From positions 1,714 to 65,713 of the forward strand of contig CAYNEO010000017.1 in NCBI GenBank assembly GCA_964396245.1: a stretch of 64,000 nt of DNA. The letters run 5' to 3'. Source of the DNA: an uncultured Ignavibacteriales bacterium (GTDB lineage Bacteria > Zixibacteria > MSB-5A5 > GN15 > FEB-12). The notes below the pieces were generated by a model. That model made no database searches, was not told the origin of the DNA, and saw nothing but the letters and a program-made list of their open reading frames with translations. Below, piece by piece: positions 62,471 through 64,000 of this stretch. Each line of letters opens with the position of its first letter. The stretch's first letter is position 1. A program made the position numbers and the translations under genes.

Positions 62471-64000
62471 CTGCATCCGACAAGACATTATATCTCGTGG
62501 ACGGTTCGGCGATTTTCTATCGAGCCTACTTTGCATTCATGCGCAATCCCCTGATCAACTCAAAGGGGGAGAATACTTCCGCGACTTTCGGGTTTGTCAA
62601 TTCGCTTTTGAAAATACTCAAGGATGAGAACCCGCCGTATTTTGCGGTTGTCTATGATTCCAAGGCGCCGACATTCCGTCATGAGGAGTATCCGGAATAC
62701 AAATCCACACGGGCCAAGATGCCGGATGATCTGCTGGTACAGGTGCCGCGAATCAAGGCGGCGGTCGACGCTCTGAACATACCGTCGTTCGAGGTGGAAG
62801 GGTTCGAGGCGGATGACGTCATAGGTACGATCGCGGTCAGGGCGGCTAAGAATGGTTTTGACGTGTGGTGCGTGACCGGGGATAAGGACTATTTCCAACT
62901 GGTCAACGACCGGATCAAAATATACAATCCGAAACGGGCCAACGAGCCTCCCGAAAAAATGGGCCCGGACGAGGTGGAGGCAAAGTTCGGCGTCCGGCCG
63001 GACAGGGTAACGGATAAACTGGCCCTTATGGGTGACAGCTCGGACAATATTCCGGGTGTGCCCGGAGTTGGACCGAAGACTGCAGATACTCTGCTTGGCG
63101 AGTTCGGTACACTCGAGGAAATCCTGGCGCATGTTGACCGGATAAAGGCGAAGGGAATGCGCCAGAAAGTTGGCGACAATATCGATCAAGCCAAGCTCTC
63201 CAAACGCCTGGTAACCATAAAGACAGACGTTCCGGTTGAGATCGACTATGATCAACTCAAGCGGCGAGAAATTGACTACGACGCGACCAAGAGACTCTTC
63301 ATGGACCTGGAATTCACGACGCTGCTCAAAGAGCTTCTTCCGGACCACGAAGCCGCCGGGATCGGTGAGAGCAAACCGGCGCCGGAAGCGGAGTATCGCG
63401 AGGTGAAATCGATTGCCGATCTGGAGAAGCTGACAGCAGCATTTGCTAAAAAGAAAGAGATCTCGGTTGACACCGAGACGACATCGAGAAACGCGCTGGA
63501 CGCGCAACTGGTGGGCGTATCAATGACCGACCGGGCCAATGCCGGATACTACATTCCGCTCGGTCATACAGGGGAAGGGGAGAAGAACCTTCCGTTTGAC
63601 GAAGCGATCGCTATCCTCAAGAAGCTGCTGGAGGATTCAAAGGTTCAGAAGATCGGCCAGAATATCAAGTATGATCTGGAGGTTCTTCACAACTATGGCA
63701 TTGATATCGACCCGGTGTCGTTTGACACGATGCTTGCCTCGTACGTGCTCGACCCGACCGCCCGGCAACACTCGCTGAGTTTCATGGCGCTGAAGCATTT
63801 TAGTTATCAAATGCAGCCGATAAGTGATCTGATCGGCAGCGGGAAATCCCAGAAGCCGTTTTCGGTCGTGCCGGTCGACAAGGCGGTGTTCTATGCCGCC
63901 GAGGATGCGGACTACACGTTCCGACTGCGGGGGATCATGGCTCCCGAGATCGAGTCATCGGAGATGACCAATCTTTACTACAATATCGAACTGCCCTTGA
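62467..64000 (+). CDS. polA: DNA polymerase I, N-terminal part (5'-3' exonuclease and start of 3'-5' exonuclease domain); 3' end outside window
   Basis: This gene is not in the supplied ORF track because it has no stop in the window. I translated it by hand: ATG at 62467 (ATGA overlap with nadD), then MTASDKTLYLVDGSAIFYRAYFAF...FGFVNSL...EGFEADDVIGT...VTGDKDYFQLV...LMGDSSDNIPGVPGVGPKTA. It continues with the ExoI motif SVDTETTS, ExoII NIKYDLEVL and ExoIII YAAEDAD. The frame is open for all 511 codons to position 64000. Confidence 0.93.
   Translation, partial: MTASDKTLYLVDGSAIFYRAYFAFMRNPLINSKGENTSATFGFVNSLLKILKDENPPYFAVVYDSKAPTFRHEEYPEYKSTRAKMPDDLLVQVPRIKAAVDALNIPSFEVEGFEADDVIGTIAVRAAKNGFDVWCVTGDKDYFQLVNDRIKIYNPKRANEPPEKMGPDEVEAKFGVRPDRVTDKLALMGDSSDNIPGVPGVGPKTADTLLGEFGTLEEILAHVDRIKAKGMRQKVGDNIDQAKLSKRLVTIKTDVPVEIDYDQLKRREIDYDATKRLFMDLEFTTLLKELLPDHEAAGIGESKPAPEAEYREVKSIADLEKLTAAFAKKKEISVDTETTSRNALDAQLVGVSMTDRANAGYYIPLGHTGEGEKNLPFDEAIAILKKLLEDSKVQKIGQNIKYDLEVLHNYGIDIDPVSFDTMLASYVLDPTARQHSLSFMALKHFSYQMQPISDLIGSGKSQKPFSVVPVDKAVFYAAEDADYTFRLRGIMAPEIESSEMTNLYYNIELPL

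Noticed and set aside
62560-63507. 315-aa minus-strand ORF
   Set aside because: It is antisense to the unambiguous polA reading frame. It has no motifs and no RBS.

Overview
The window is a 64 kb chromosomal segment from a diderm (Gram-negative) bacterium. GC content is roughly 55-60% by hand count of sample lines. I cannot assign a phylum from sequence alone.

I support about 57 protein-coding genes, 2 tRNAs (Leu-UAA, Phe-GAA), 8 hairpin terminators and 5 sigma70-like promoters. I saw no rRNA, CRISPR array, transposase, integrase or recognisable defence or toxin system.

Content is mostly housekeeping:
- A tightly coupled shikimate operon (aroF-aroA-aroE-aroK-aroB-aroQ).
- hisS and argS.
- A cell-envelope and replication block: an AlaX-type editing protein, an lptD-like gene, hup, ftsK, lolA-like, rimO, an SLT transglycosylase, bamD, nadD and polA.
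- Central metabolism: GLUD-type glutamate dehydrogenase, aconitase-family and PrpD-family proteins, GlcD-like FAD oxidase, ROK kinase, and a LysN-type aminotransferase.
- Envelope proteins: OMPLA, several small beta-barrels, a Hanks kinase with a periplasmic TPR sensor, and a 7-bladed propeller lipoprotein.

Two genes run off the window edges: a DoxX fragment at the 5' end, and polA at 62467-64000. polA is absent from the supplied ORF track because it has no stop codon in the window.

Many track ORFs carry spurious N-terminal extensions. I trimmed these using RBS, signal-peptide and homology logic.

I do not see a convincing novel multi-gene system. The best leads are single-gene anomalies read directly from the codons:
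- A DapF-family protein with both catalytic Cys replaced by Ser.
- An alpha/beta hydrolase whose nucleophile-elbow Ser is Gly.
- An M2/M3-fold protein lacking HExxH that is translationally coupled to aroQ.
- A tandem pair of beta-barrel paralogs, one of which appears to start at ATT.
- An animal-type GDH with an antenna-like insertion.
- A lower-GC islet of about 3.7 kb abutting tRNA-Leu.

All family assignments come from motif recognition by eye. No database search was run.
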